NCBI GenBank assembly: GCA_022646745.1
Contig: CP060262.1
Span: 2,370,001-2,402,000, forward strand
Source of the DNA: Planctomycetales bacterium
Lineage (GTDB): Bacteria > 4484-113 > JAFGCY01
DNA: 32,000 bases
Direction of reading: 5' to 3'
Notes under the pieces: generated by a model
Seen by the model: only the letters and a program-made list of their open reading frames with translations
What the model was told of the DNA's origin: nothing
Databases searched by the model: none
In this document: positions 17,726-23,975 of the stretch, one piece after another
Position numbering within the stretch: the stretch's first letter is position 1
Layout of the letters: every line of letters starts with the position of its first letter
Program-made: the position numbers and the translations under genes

Positions 17726-17736
17726 GGTGTAGTCAA

Positions 17737-18591
17737 TTACTCGCGGATGTAGGCCCGCTTGATGAAGTCAGCGTCGGGGAAGCGTGCCTTGAAGGCGTCC
17801 AGGCCGCCGACGTTCTGCAGGGCGCCCTGGTCGCGGAACTCGCACTTGAACAGGCCGTCCGCGATCTCCATGCCCTCCACGACCTGCGCGAAGCAGGCAA
17901 AGCCCTGCGGGTTGAGCGCGGAGCTGTTGTCAGTGAAGTTGATGAAGATATGGGTGCTGCGGCTGTTGGGCATCTGGCTCTTGCCGAAGGCCACGAAGCC
18001 GCGCTTGTTGCCAACCACCACGGGCTCGTCCTGGATGGTCTTGTTGCTCCACTTGGTGTTCATCTCCGGGTCGGCGGCCACGCCGCACTGGGCCACGAAG
18101 CCGTCCAGCACGCGGAACCAGGGTGCGCCGTCGTAGAAGCCGGCCTTGACCAGCTCGAGGAAGTGCTCGGAACCGAGCGGGCTCCAGGCGCTGTGCACCT
18201 CAAGTACGATGTCGCCGTCGGTCGTCTCCAGCACGACGGTGGTCACCTTGTCCTCCGGCTCGGTCTCGCCGCAGGGGTTCTCACCGCAGGGGTTGTCCGT
18301 GGCAGCGTTGTCCACCGCGCAGGGGTTCTCGCCACACGGGTTCTCACCGCAGGGATTCTCGCCACAGGGGTTCTCACCGGCGGTGCAGGGGTTCTCCTCA
18401 GCGGCACAGGGGTTCTCCTGGCCGGCGCAGGGGTTTTCCTGGGCACCACCGTTGCCGTTGTTGCTGGCATTGGTGGAGCTGGTGCTGGTGCTGCCATTGC
18501 TGGCGCCTGCATTGGAGTCCGTCCGCGGACAGCCGGCAAGCAGGCTGAGGAACATCACGCTGACAAGCGCGAAGAGGATGGTCCTGTTCAT
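17737..18591 (-). CDS. Cyclophilin-like PPIase lipoprotein with a Cys-containing (GENPC)n linker
   Basis: Signal peptide and lipobox MNRTILFALVSVMFLSLLAG-C. Low-complexity S/T/N stretch. About ten NPC units (ENPCAGQENPCAAEENPCTAGENPCGENPCGENPCGENPCAVDNAATDNPCGENPCGE). The cyclophilin-like domain is paralogous to 17155..17673 (SAWSPLGSEHFLELVKAGFYDGAPWFRVLDGFVAQCG, MPNSRSTHIFINF, FAQVVEGMEIAD). Confidence 0.85.
   Translation of the reverse strand: MNRTILFALVSVMFLSLLAGCPRTDSNAGASNGSTSTSSTNASNNGNGGAQENPCAGQENPCAAEENPCTAGENPCGENPCGENPCGENPCAVDNAATDNPCGENPCGETEPEDKVTTVVLETTDGDIVLEVHSAWSPLGSEHFLELVKAGFYDGAPWFRVLDGFVAQCGVAADPEMNTKWSNKTIQDEPVVVGNKRGFVAFGKSQMPNSRSTHIFINFTDNSSALNPQGFACFAQVVEGMEIADGLFKCEFRDQGALQNVGGLDAFKARFPDADFIKRAYIRE
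18265..18441 (-). repeat. In-frame tandem 15-bp (pentapeptide GENPC) repeat tract within the lipoprotein gene
   Basis: The plus strand shows repeated gcaggggttctc(a/g)cc / acacgggttctcacc units. Four near-perfect consecutive 15-mers span 18319-18378, with more degenerate copies on both sides. Confidence 0.85.
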
Positions 18592-18708
18592 GGTCTACTC
18601 CGTTCCTTGTATTCGTCCTTCCGTCTGACACCCGGAAGGACAGGCTGGGATTCTGGATAAACGGACATTTTAGCATGCCCGCCGGGCTGCTGGGGAGAAC
18701 TGAATCTA

Positions 18709-19500
18709 TCAGTTCTCCAGCGCGGCCATCTCGATCACGTCGCCCTGCGGGTACTGCCGCTTGAATGCCATGACGCCTTCACTGCCGATCTGTTCGATCA
18801 GGCCAGGCTTGGGATCGCCGGTCCTGAACAGCTCGTCAAGCACGTCCATACCCTCCATCACTTCGGCGAAGGGGACGAAATAGTTGTCCGGGCCGTCCAG
18901 GTTCGGGTTGTCCGTCAGGTTAACGAAGAATTGTGTGTTACGGCCGTCGGGATTGTTCTGGGCAAAGCTGACCATCCCACGGGTGTTGCTGCCGTGCATC
19001 GGGTCGCGCTTGACGCTTTCGGCGATGTGCAGCGTGTTCGTTTCCGGGTCAGGCGCGATGCCGGTCTGGGCAATGTTGTCGTTGACGCGGAACCAGGGTG
19101 CGCCGTCGTAGAACTTCTCCTCGACGAGCTGGATGAAGCGGCGGGCACCGTTCGGGGACCAGCTGGAATGCACAAGTATCCTGACATTACCTTTGCTGGT
19201 ACGGATGAACACCCAGCGGTCCGGTGGCGGGATGTAGGTTTCCTCAGTGCTGCCGGTCGCCTTGGTGCTGCTGGGCACTGAATCACTGACTCGTTGGGCT
19301 TCCGGGCGGTAGTCGTACTTCTCGATCAGCTTGTTCTCACCGTCCACGACGGGCAGGTCGCTGATCACCCGGTAGGCCAGGCCGTTGTCATTGTCAGCCT
19401 GGGGCTCCTCATTTTTCGGCTTGGTGCTGCATCCGAACAGGCTGGCCAGGAGGACCAGGGATAGCAGCAGGCTCAGGCGCGGGAGCTTCATGTCGATCAT
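18709..19500 (-). CDS. Cyclophilin-like PPIase lipoprotein, third paralog
   Basis: Internal start of the 515-aa track ORF: MIDMKLPRLSLLLSLVLLASLFG-C-STK. ATG at 19500, with an alternative ATG at 19491. The longer ORF would run antisense through purA. Domain motifs: SSWSPNGARRFIQLVEEKFYDGAPWFRVNDNIAQTG, DGRNTQFFVNLTDNPNLDG and FAEVMEGMDVLDEL. Confidence 0.8.
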   Translation of the reverse strand: MIDMKLPRLSLLLSLVLLASLFGCSTKPKNEEPQADNDNGLAYRVISDLPVVDGENKLIEKYDYRPEAQRVSDSVPSSTKATGSTEETYIPPPDRWVFIRTSKGNVRILVHSSWSPNGARRFIQLVEEKFYDGAPWFRVNDNIAQTGIAPDPETNTLHIAESVKRDPMHGSNTRGMVSFAQNNPDGRNTQFFVNLTDNPNLDGPDNYFVPFAEVMEGMDVLDELFRTGDPKPGLIEQIGSEGVMAFKRQYPQGDVIEMAALEN

Positions 19501-19560
19501 TTCAAGGGGCGCGAATGCTTGTAATCCGCGAACATGGCATTTTAGCAGCCTGAGGTCTAT

Positions 19561-19589
19561 TTGACCACGGGATGCACCGCCCCTAGAAT
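19561..19589 (+). promoter_or_regulatory. Strong sigma70-type promoter candidate for purA
   Basis: TTGACC (19561-19566), exact 17-nt spacer, TAGAAT (19584-19589). It is about 44 nt upstream of the purA ATG in the divergent intergenic region. Confidence 0.6.
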
Positions 19590-19632
19590 GTGATTTTAAA
19601 CAAGGCAAGTTTTCTTCTAGGAGTGAGTGGCA

Positions 19633-20901
19633 ATGCCTGTCACAACTATCATCGGAGCCCAATGGGGCGACGAGGGCAAGGGCAAGCTGGCACACCTGCT
19701 GGCAGCCGACCAGGATTACGTGCTGCGCTACCAGGGCGGCAGCAATGCTGGACATACCGTCATCTCGGACGGCCAGACCTACAAGTTCAACCTGATGCCG
19801 AGCGGCATGCTGATTGACGGCATCCGCTGCATCCTCTGCGACGGCGTGGTTGCCAACCCTGTCACGCTGGCCTGGGAGATCGAGAACCTGCGCCGGCTCG
19901 GGCATTACCGCGGCGAGCTGTTCGTCAGCCGCCACGCGCACCTCGTGCTGCCCTTCCACAAGACCCAGGACCTCTACTTCGAGGAGGCCAAGGGCAACAG
20001 CGCGATCGGCACCACCAAGCAGGGCATCGGCCCGGCCTATGCCGACAAGTACTTCCGCGTCGGCCTGCGCGCCGGTGACATGCTGCTTCCGGACTTCGAG
20101 GCCCGGGTAAAGGGGCTGGCCAGCCGCAAGAACGTGCTGTTCGGCGGCTACTACGACCGTGACCTGATGGACCCTGACGCAGTCTGGGCCGAGGTGCAGC
20201 CCACGCTTGAGCTGCTGGCCCCGCTGGTCAAGGATACGATCGGCATGGTGCGCCATGCAATCAGTGAGGATGCGCGCATCCTGCTGGAAGGTGCGCAGGG
20301 CACCCTGCTGGACATCGACTACGGCACTTACCCCTTCGTGACCTCAAGCCACCCGATCAGTGGTGGCGCGCTGCTCGGCACCGGCATCAGCTGGCGCGAG
20401 CTGCACCGCGTGGTCGGTGTCGCCAAGGCCTACAACACCCGCGTCGGTGCCGGGCCTTTCCCGACGGAGGATACCGGACCCGACGGCCAGACCATGGCCA
20501 AGACCGGCGCTGAGTTCGGCACGGTCAGTGGTCGCCCCCGCCGTTGCGGCTGGCTGGACCTGCCGCTGCTACGTTATGCAACCCAGTTGAACGGATTCAC
20601 CGAGCTGGCCATCATGAAGACCGACGTGCTTGATGAATTCGAGAGGATCAAGGTCTGCGTGGCCTACGAGATAGACGGCAAGCGGCTGGACTGGCCGGAC
20701 ATGGCGCCCGAGGTGCTCGAGCGCTGCCAGCCGGTCTACGAGGAGCTGCCGGGCTGGAAAGTGAGCACCAGCAGCATGCGCTCTGAGGGCGAGCTGCCTT
20801 CCGAGCTTTCGGACTATCTCGAGCTGATTGCCAGGGAAGCCGGCGCTCCGGTGCGCATCGTCTCCGTGGGTGCCGACCGTAACGCGACGATCATGCTGTG
20901 A
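19633..20901 (+). CDS. purA: Adenylosuccinate synthetase
   Basis: GAQWGDEGKGK P-loop and GGSNAGHTV motif; ~420 aa. The ATG at 19633 is 9 nt after AGGAG (19619-19623). The track's GTG at 19627 is too close to the SD. Confidence 0.95.
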   Translation: MPVTTIIGAQWGDEGKGKLAHLLAADQDYVLRYQGGSNAGHTVISDGQTYKFNLMPSGMLIDGIRCILCDGVVANPVTLAWEIENLRRLGHYRGELFVSRHAHLVLPFHKTQDLYFEEAKGNSAIGTTKQGIGPAYADKYFRVGLRAGDMLLPDFEARVKGLASRKNVLFGGYYDRDLMDPDAVWAEVQPTLELLAPLVKDTIGMVRHAISEDARILLEGAQGTLLDIDYGTYPFVTSSHPISGGALLGTGISWRELHRVVGVAKAYNTRVGAGPFPTEDTGPDGQTMAKTGAEFGTVSGRPRRCGWLDLPLLRYATQLNGFTELAIMKTDVLDEFERIKVCVAYEIDGKRLDWPDMAPEVLERCQPVYEELPGWKVSTSSMRSEGELPSELSDYLELIAREAGAPVRIVSVGADRNATIML

Positions 20902-21593
20902 GATTACTGGTCCTGACTGCATTCATTTTGTTGCTGGCCTCAGCTGCCCATGCACGCGAGGATGCCGGCCAGCTCGGGGTAGGAGATGCCTATGCAACCG
21001 AACTGCTGTCCCAGCTGCGCTCCGCCTACCGAGGCATTGAGCGCGAGCGGGCAGAAGGCAATGAGCTGGCCCTGCGCATCCAGTTCGACCTCGCAATCAG
21101 CAGCCTGGCGGCACTGGACCAGCTCTTCGGCTTCGACTGGGCCAGGAGCCGGCAAGCTGCAATGCTGCATGAAGCGGACTGCCCGGACATCCATATCGGC
21201 TACAGCGACGACCGCCGCCTGCTGCTGCGGATTGAGCCGTTGGAGCTGAAGAACCCGGCCTTCGAGGGCCAGCTGGTGCTGCTCTGCACGCTCGAGAGCC
21301 TGCAGGACACGGATGTGCATACGGAGGATCGCGGCCAGCTGCAGCTTATGCTGAGCGATGGCAGTACGCGCATTGCCGAGTTGCTGGCCCCGGAGCACCC
21401 GCTCTGGGAACATCTCGGATCGCAGGCAGATGCCTTCCTGTCGCCGGATTACCTGCCCAGCGGGCACAATGTGGTGTTCAAGCAGCTGTACTCCGCCCCG
21501 GCCCCCGGCAGGAATTCAATCTCAGCGGTATCATTGGACTGGGATCAACGCCATTTCGGGCTTGAATGGATGGAAAATGAGGTATCGGATTGA
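20898..21593 (+). CDS. Secreted hypothetical protein with a Sec signal peptide
   Basis: 231 aa. MRLLVLTAFILLLASAAHA-RE is a signal peptidase I-type site. The GTG start overlaps the purA stop (GTGA at 20898-20901). No family recognised. Confidence 0.6.
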   Translation: MRLLVLTAFILLLASAAHAREDAGQLGVGDAYATELLSQLRSAYRGIERERAEGNELALRIQFDLAISSLAALDQLFGFDWARSRQAAMLHEADCPDIHIGYSDDRRLLLRIEPLELKNPAFEGQLVLLCTLESLQDTDVHTEDRGQLQLMLSDGSTRIAELLAPEHPLWEHLGSQADAFLSPDYLPSGHNVVFKQLYSAPAPGRNSISAVSLDWDQRHFGLEWMENEVSD

Positions 21594-22192
21594 CTGATGA
21601 CAGGGATGAGATGATCCTTCCTGAGGATGTGGAGGAAGGTGATGACCAGGACACGGCGAGCGTGCAGCCGACTGCGCTGCTGGAAACGCTCGGCAGCCAG
21701 ATAGACGATGCGGCGCTGCTGCCAGCCACCAGCCAGACGCACTACCTGTTCGCATTCGACGACCTGCTGGACCAGGCCACCATCGCGCGCTACGTGAAGG
21801 GCATGCGCATGGAGAAGATCGTCTGCGTGCCGCGCCACCGGCTGGTGTTCCCGTACTTCTATCCGCCGCGCGAGACATCGCTGCCGAGCCTGATCCGCAC
21901 GAACAATGACAACGACGAGGTCTGGGGCGTGCTGTACAACCTGCGCGGGAAGGACCTGAAGCCGCTGGAGCGCCACCTGAAGGTGCCCAACCGCTACCAC
22001 CGCCGCAGCGTGCGCATCCACGACCGCGGTGGCAACCGCCTGGTGGCAAGCACCTACGTGCTGACGATCACCGACGAGGAGCACCGCCCGCCGAGCAATG
22101 CCTACCGCGACTTCCTCGTAGAGACGGCGCGTGAGCGCGGCCTGCCCGAGCACTGGCTCGCGCGGCTGATGGAAATCGACTGCGAGGACTAG
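21590..22192 (+). CDS. Gamma-glutamylcyclotransferase (GGCT/AIG2)-like fold protein with an acidic N-terminal extension
   Basis: The core YLFAFDDLL....(~60 aa)...VWGVLYNLRGKDLKPLERHL..PNRYHRRSVRIHDRGGNRLVASTYVL resembles the AIG2/GGACT pattern (YFAYGS.L ... VxGxLYxl....L..LD..E.....Y.R..v.V....G....A..Y). The YGS motif is replaced by FDD. The TTG start at 21590 overlaps the upstream TGA; an in-frame ATG at 21611 is an alternative start. Confidence 0.5.
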   Translation: MTDDRDEMILPEDVEEGDDQDTASVQPTALLETLGSQIDDAALLPATSQTHYLFAFDDLLDQATIARYVKGMRMEKIVCVPRHRLVFPYFYPPRETSLPSLIRTNNDNDEVWGVLYNLRGKDLKPLERHLKVPNRYHRRSVRIHDRGGNRLVASTYVLTITDEEHRPPSNAYRDFLVETARERGLPEHWLARLMEIDCED

Positions 22193-22200
22193 GCGGGAAG

Positions 22201-22220
22201 GTCAGACGAAAGTCTGACAA
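22201..22220 (+). repeat. GNRA-loop hairpin gtcagac-GAAA-gtctgac; copy 1 of an exact 18-nt repeat
   Basis: cagacgaaagtctgacaa at 22203-22220 is identical to 23591-23608. It lies 9 nt after the stop of the GGCT-like gene. Confidence 0.8.
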
Positions 22221-22278
22221 CGGAGGCCAGGCCGTTGGCCTGGCTGTAGCGGCGGCTTCCAGCCGCCAAACCAGTTCC

Positions 22279-22319
22279 AATAGTGGAAGAAGTGGGGAAG
22301 TGGAAGAAGTATAAGTAGT
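22279..22319 (+). repeat. C-free purine-rich simple array (gaagaagtg-like units), flanked by two related hairpins
   Basis: 41 nt contain no C: aatagtggaagaagtggggaagtggaagaagtataagtagt. It is flanked by gtagcggcggcttccagccgcc (22246-22267) and gtagcggctgcttcaagcagccg (22323-22345). Confidence 0.7.
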
Positions 22320-22420
22320 CCCGGTAGCGGCTGCTTCAAGCAGCCGGGCCACAGTAGCAGTTGCGCTCCCGCCGCTGACAAGCTGTAATTCATTCCGGCA
22401 ATCGTGGGAGAATCTTTTTG

Positions 22421-22798
22421 ATGGCAATTGCTGTACTTGCGGAGACCACGAGACTGGGCTGGGGAATGGCCGGCATCAACCTGTGTTTCCTTTCAATTGC
22501 CATTTATGCAGCCTTCAGGACCCTTGCCACTTTCCAAATACCGGAAAAACGGAAACTCAGATATCGATACTTCGCGATCAGGTTGCTGCTGGGACTTGTC
22601 ATCGCTGCCAACCTCATGTTCGGAGTATGGTTACCACTGCTTGGGATTGAAGGCTTTGGGCTTAACCAGGCAATGTTCATGCTGCTCCTGATGAATGCAT
22701 CATCGCTTGGCGTATCAGTAACGGTGATCAATGAAGCTTCTACACCGCAAACTGAAGCCCAGCGTAATCCGGCACGTGGCGAAATCAAAGCATCCTAG
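22421..22798 (+). CDS. Small integral membrane protein (about 4 predicted TM helices), hypothetical
   Basis: 125 aa with hydrophobic segments (GMAGINLCFLSIAIYAAF, LLLGLVIAANLMFGVWLPLL, AMFMLLLMNASSLGVSV). GGGAG at 22406-22410 lies 10 nt before the ATG at 22421. G+C is about 43-58% per 60-nt line, against 60-72% in flanking genes. Confidence 0.6.
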   Translation: MAIAVLAETTRLGWGMAGINLCFLSIAIYAAFRTLATFQIPEKRKLRYRYFAIRLLLGLVIAANLMFGVWLPLLGIEGFGLNQAMFMLLLMNASSLGVSVTVINEASTPQTEAQRNPARGEIKAS

Positions 22799-22810
22799 GT
22801 AAATCTTATT

Positions 22811-22827
22811 GGCGGCATGCTGCCGCC
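22811..22827 (+). terminator. Hairpin after the membrane-protein gene, possibly a weak terminator
   Basis: ggcggca-tgc-tgccgcc (7-bp stem), followed by tgatcttct. A second perfect 9-bp hairpin gggcaaggc-caccgt-gccttgccc lies at 22873-22896. Confidence 0.35.
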
Positions 22828-22948
22828 TGATCTTCTACGTTCATGCCTGCTCATTGCATTGTTGGTTACGTAGGGCAAGGCCACCGTGCCTTGCCCAGGA
22901 TGGCTACAGCCTTCCGTTAGCAGCCACATCCTTGTAATCTATCAACCT

Positions 22949-23605
22949 ATGAATGCGCACAAGTCTGATGAGCAGGACCAGCTTAAGCTTGCAAGCCTGG
23001 TCAAATTCAACCTGCAGACCCTCGACTGCTTCGAGCCCTTCATCGGAGCCACTGTCACGCGACTCGGGATCCACCGCTGGCCGCAGCTCGACTGGGACAT
23101 TGACAGCGCGGATGGCGACCTGGTCATCAGCCTGCAACTGGACGGTGTCTCGACCGATCTGCGCATCGAAGCCAGGATGGGAACACCTGGAGGAGTGCTC
23201 GTTGAACAGGTACCACATGGTTCGGAACTGCTGCAGTTCCGCAACCTCGTTGAAGCGCGTTTACGTTACGAGCAGGAGCAGCAGGAAGATAAAGATGGCA
23301 ATGTTGCCGGCAGCCGGCCGCAGACTATCAATCTTGCTGGCTATGCCGAATTCGCAGCGTACATCGGCGCACGCCTGGAACGGATCGGCCTGGCCTGTAC
23401 TCGCCGAAGCGGCTGGGAAATGTTTCCACTTGGCCTGTTGCTTGATTTCAGCGGCGGCCTGCAGCTGTATGTGACTATCGGAGAGGATGGCACGGAAGTC
23501 TATCGTGGACTGACCCGGAAGTATGAAAACGATGCGCTTGTGATGATGACATTTGATAGTTCAACGAAGTGGATGTCAGGCAGTGGAGGCCAGACGAAAG
23601 TCTGA
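22949..23605 (+). CDS. Hypothetical cytoplasmic protein, 218 aa, no recognised family
   Basis: The ATG at 22949 (MNAHKSDEQDQLKL...) is preferred over the track's GTG at 22886, which lies inside the 22873-22896 hairpin. No signal peptide or TM segment. The stop TGA (23603-23605) is embedded in the second copy of the 18-nt hairpin repeat. Confidence 0.55.
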   Translation: MNAHKSDEQDQLKLASLVKFNLQTLDCFEPFIGATVTRLGIHRWPQLDWDIDSADGDLVISLQLDGVSTDLRIEARMGTPGGVLVEQVPHGSELLQFRNLVEARLRYEQEQQEDKDGNVAGSRPQTINLAGYAEFAAYIGARLERIGLACTRRSGWEMFPLGLLLDFSGGLQLYVTIGEDGTEVYRGLTRKYENDALVMMTFDSSTKWMSGSGGQTKV

Positions 23606-23608
23606 CAA
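23591..23608 (+). repeat. Copy 2 of the exact 18-nt hairpin repeat
   Basis: cagacgaaagtctgacaa is identical to 22203-22220. It overlaps the last codons and stop of the 22949..23605 gene. Confidence 0.8.
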
Positions 23609-23611
23609 TCA

Positions 23612-23665
23612 CACCTTCACTACTTCCACTATTCAAACTACTCTTACTATTCACACTTATCCACC
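23612..23665 (+). repeat. G-free 9-bp periodic array (six units, TAYTYNNAC-like)
   Basis: Units are caccttcac, tacttccac, tattcaaac, tactcttac, tattcacac and ttatccacc. 23605-23665 contains no G. It shares cttccactatt-type words with the reverse complement of the C-free array at 22279-22319. Confidence 0.75.
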
Positions 23666-23704
23666 GCCCCTTTGTGCGCAAACAAGTTGCGCACCTCCGC
23701 ACAT

Positions 23705-23782
23705 CCCGTGACTTCCGCGCGCCCGGGCGAAACTTGCTTTCGCCCCAGCGCCAGACTGTCGAGCCCTCGGGCGAGACGGCAG
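23705..23782 (+). repeat. Copy 1 of a ~75-nt direct repeat containing a conserved hairpin
   Basis: Aligns with 23840-23914, including a 36-nt identical core ccgggcgaaacttgctttcgccccagcgccagactg. The core contains the hairpin gggcgaaa-cttgc-tttcgccc. A second, sequence-divergent hairpin follows (ctgtcg...cggcag). Confidence 0.75.
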
Positions 23783-23839
23783 CTAACTATGTAACTTCAA
23801 CCCGATCCCGCCTTCGGCGGGACTTCGCCTTTGGCTCAG

Positions 23840-23914
23840 CCCGTAACTTCAGCGCGACCGGGCGAAACTTGCTTTCGCCCCAGCGCCAGACTGCCGAACG
23901 CTTGCGCGAGGCAG
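23840..23914 (+). repeat. Copy 2 of the ~75-nt direct repeat
   Basis: Same core as 23705-23782. The distal hairpin is retained with a different sequence (ctgcc-gaacgcttgcgcgag-ggcag). Confidence 0.75.
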
Positions 23915-23952
23915 AAAATCAAAAAGGGGTGCAGGCCTGAGCCCACACCCCT
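23915..23952 (-). terminator. Rho-independent terminator of the MocR/lipoprotein operon
   Basis: On the minus strand: aggggtg-tgggctcaggcctg-cacccct (23952-23925), followed by tttttgatttt. It begins 24 nt after the stop of the 23976..24986 gene. Confidence 0.7.
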
Positions 23953-23975
23953 CATTTGCGACAGGAACAGCTTGG

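Noticed and set aside
17674-17736. A 21-codon N-terminal extension (MTTPLPAPGPAAFSLLDEENR) of the first cyclophilin gene.
   Set aside because: This stretch encodes an 11-bp perfect terminator hairpin plus a T-run for the upstream gene. It is then followed by GAGGAG and an ATG at 17673, so it is intergenic.
19501-20256. An N-terminal 250-aa extension of the third cyclophilin ORF (the track gives 18709..20256, 515 aa).
   Set aside because: The extension runs antisense through purA, which is unambiguous, and has shadow-ORF composition. An internal Met followed by a textbook lipoprotein signal peptide (MKLPRLSLLLSLVLLASLFGC) gives a sensible start at 19491/19500.
22279-22319. A CsrA/RsmA-titrating sRNA, suggested by several GGA motifs in the purine-rich array.
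   Set aside because: The GGA motifs are not presented in hairpin loops. There is no clear promoter or terminator defining a small transcript, and only about five motifs are present. This is pure speculation without expression data.
23603-23794. An in-frame extension after the TGA stop of the 22949..23605 gene. It would add a His/Tyr-rich peptide (QSHLHYFHYSNYSYYSHLS...), raising the idea of stop-codon readthrough or selenocysteine.
   Set aside because: The UGA lies inside the hairpin rather than upstream of a SECIS-like stem-loop. The extension is simply the translation of the 9-bp periodic array and repeats. Nothing supports recoding.
23705-23914. A possible diversity-generating retroelement TR/VR pair. 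The first three differences between the two ~75-nt repeats are A in copy 2 against G/C/C in copy 1.
   Set aside because: The later differences are not adenine-specific (T/C, G/A, C/G, C/T, plus an indel). Neither copy lies within the 3' end of a credible target gene. No reverse transcriptase is present in the window.
23569-23940. A 123-aa plus-strand ORF across the noncoding tail of the islet.
   Set aside because: It is composed of the G-free 9-bp array, the hairpins and both ~75-nt repeats. The translation is Arg/Ser/Pro/Leu-rich, it has no RBS, and it overlaps the end of the preceding gene in another frame.
22193-23975. Integron-like gene cassettes, seen as small promoterless ORFs each followed by an imperfect inverted repeat.
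   Set aside because: I could not find attC-type R''/R' core sites (RYYYAAC...GTTRRRY) at the hairpins. There is no intI or attI nearby. The repeats are simple stems rather than attC-length bulged structures.
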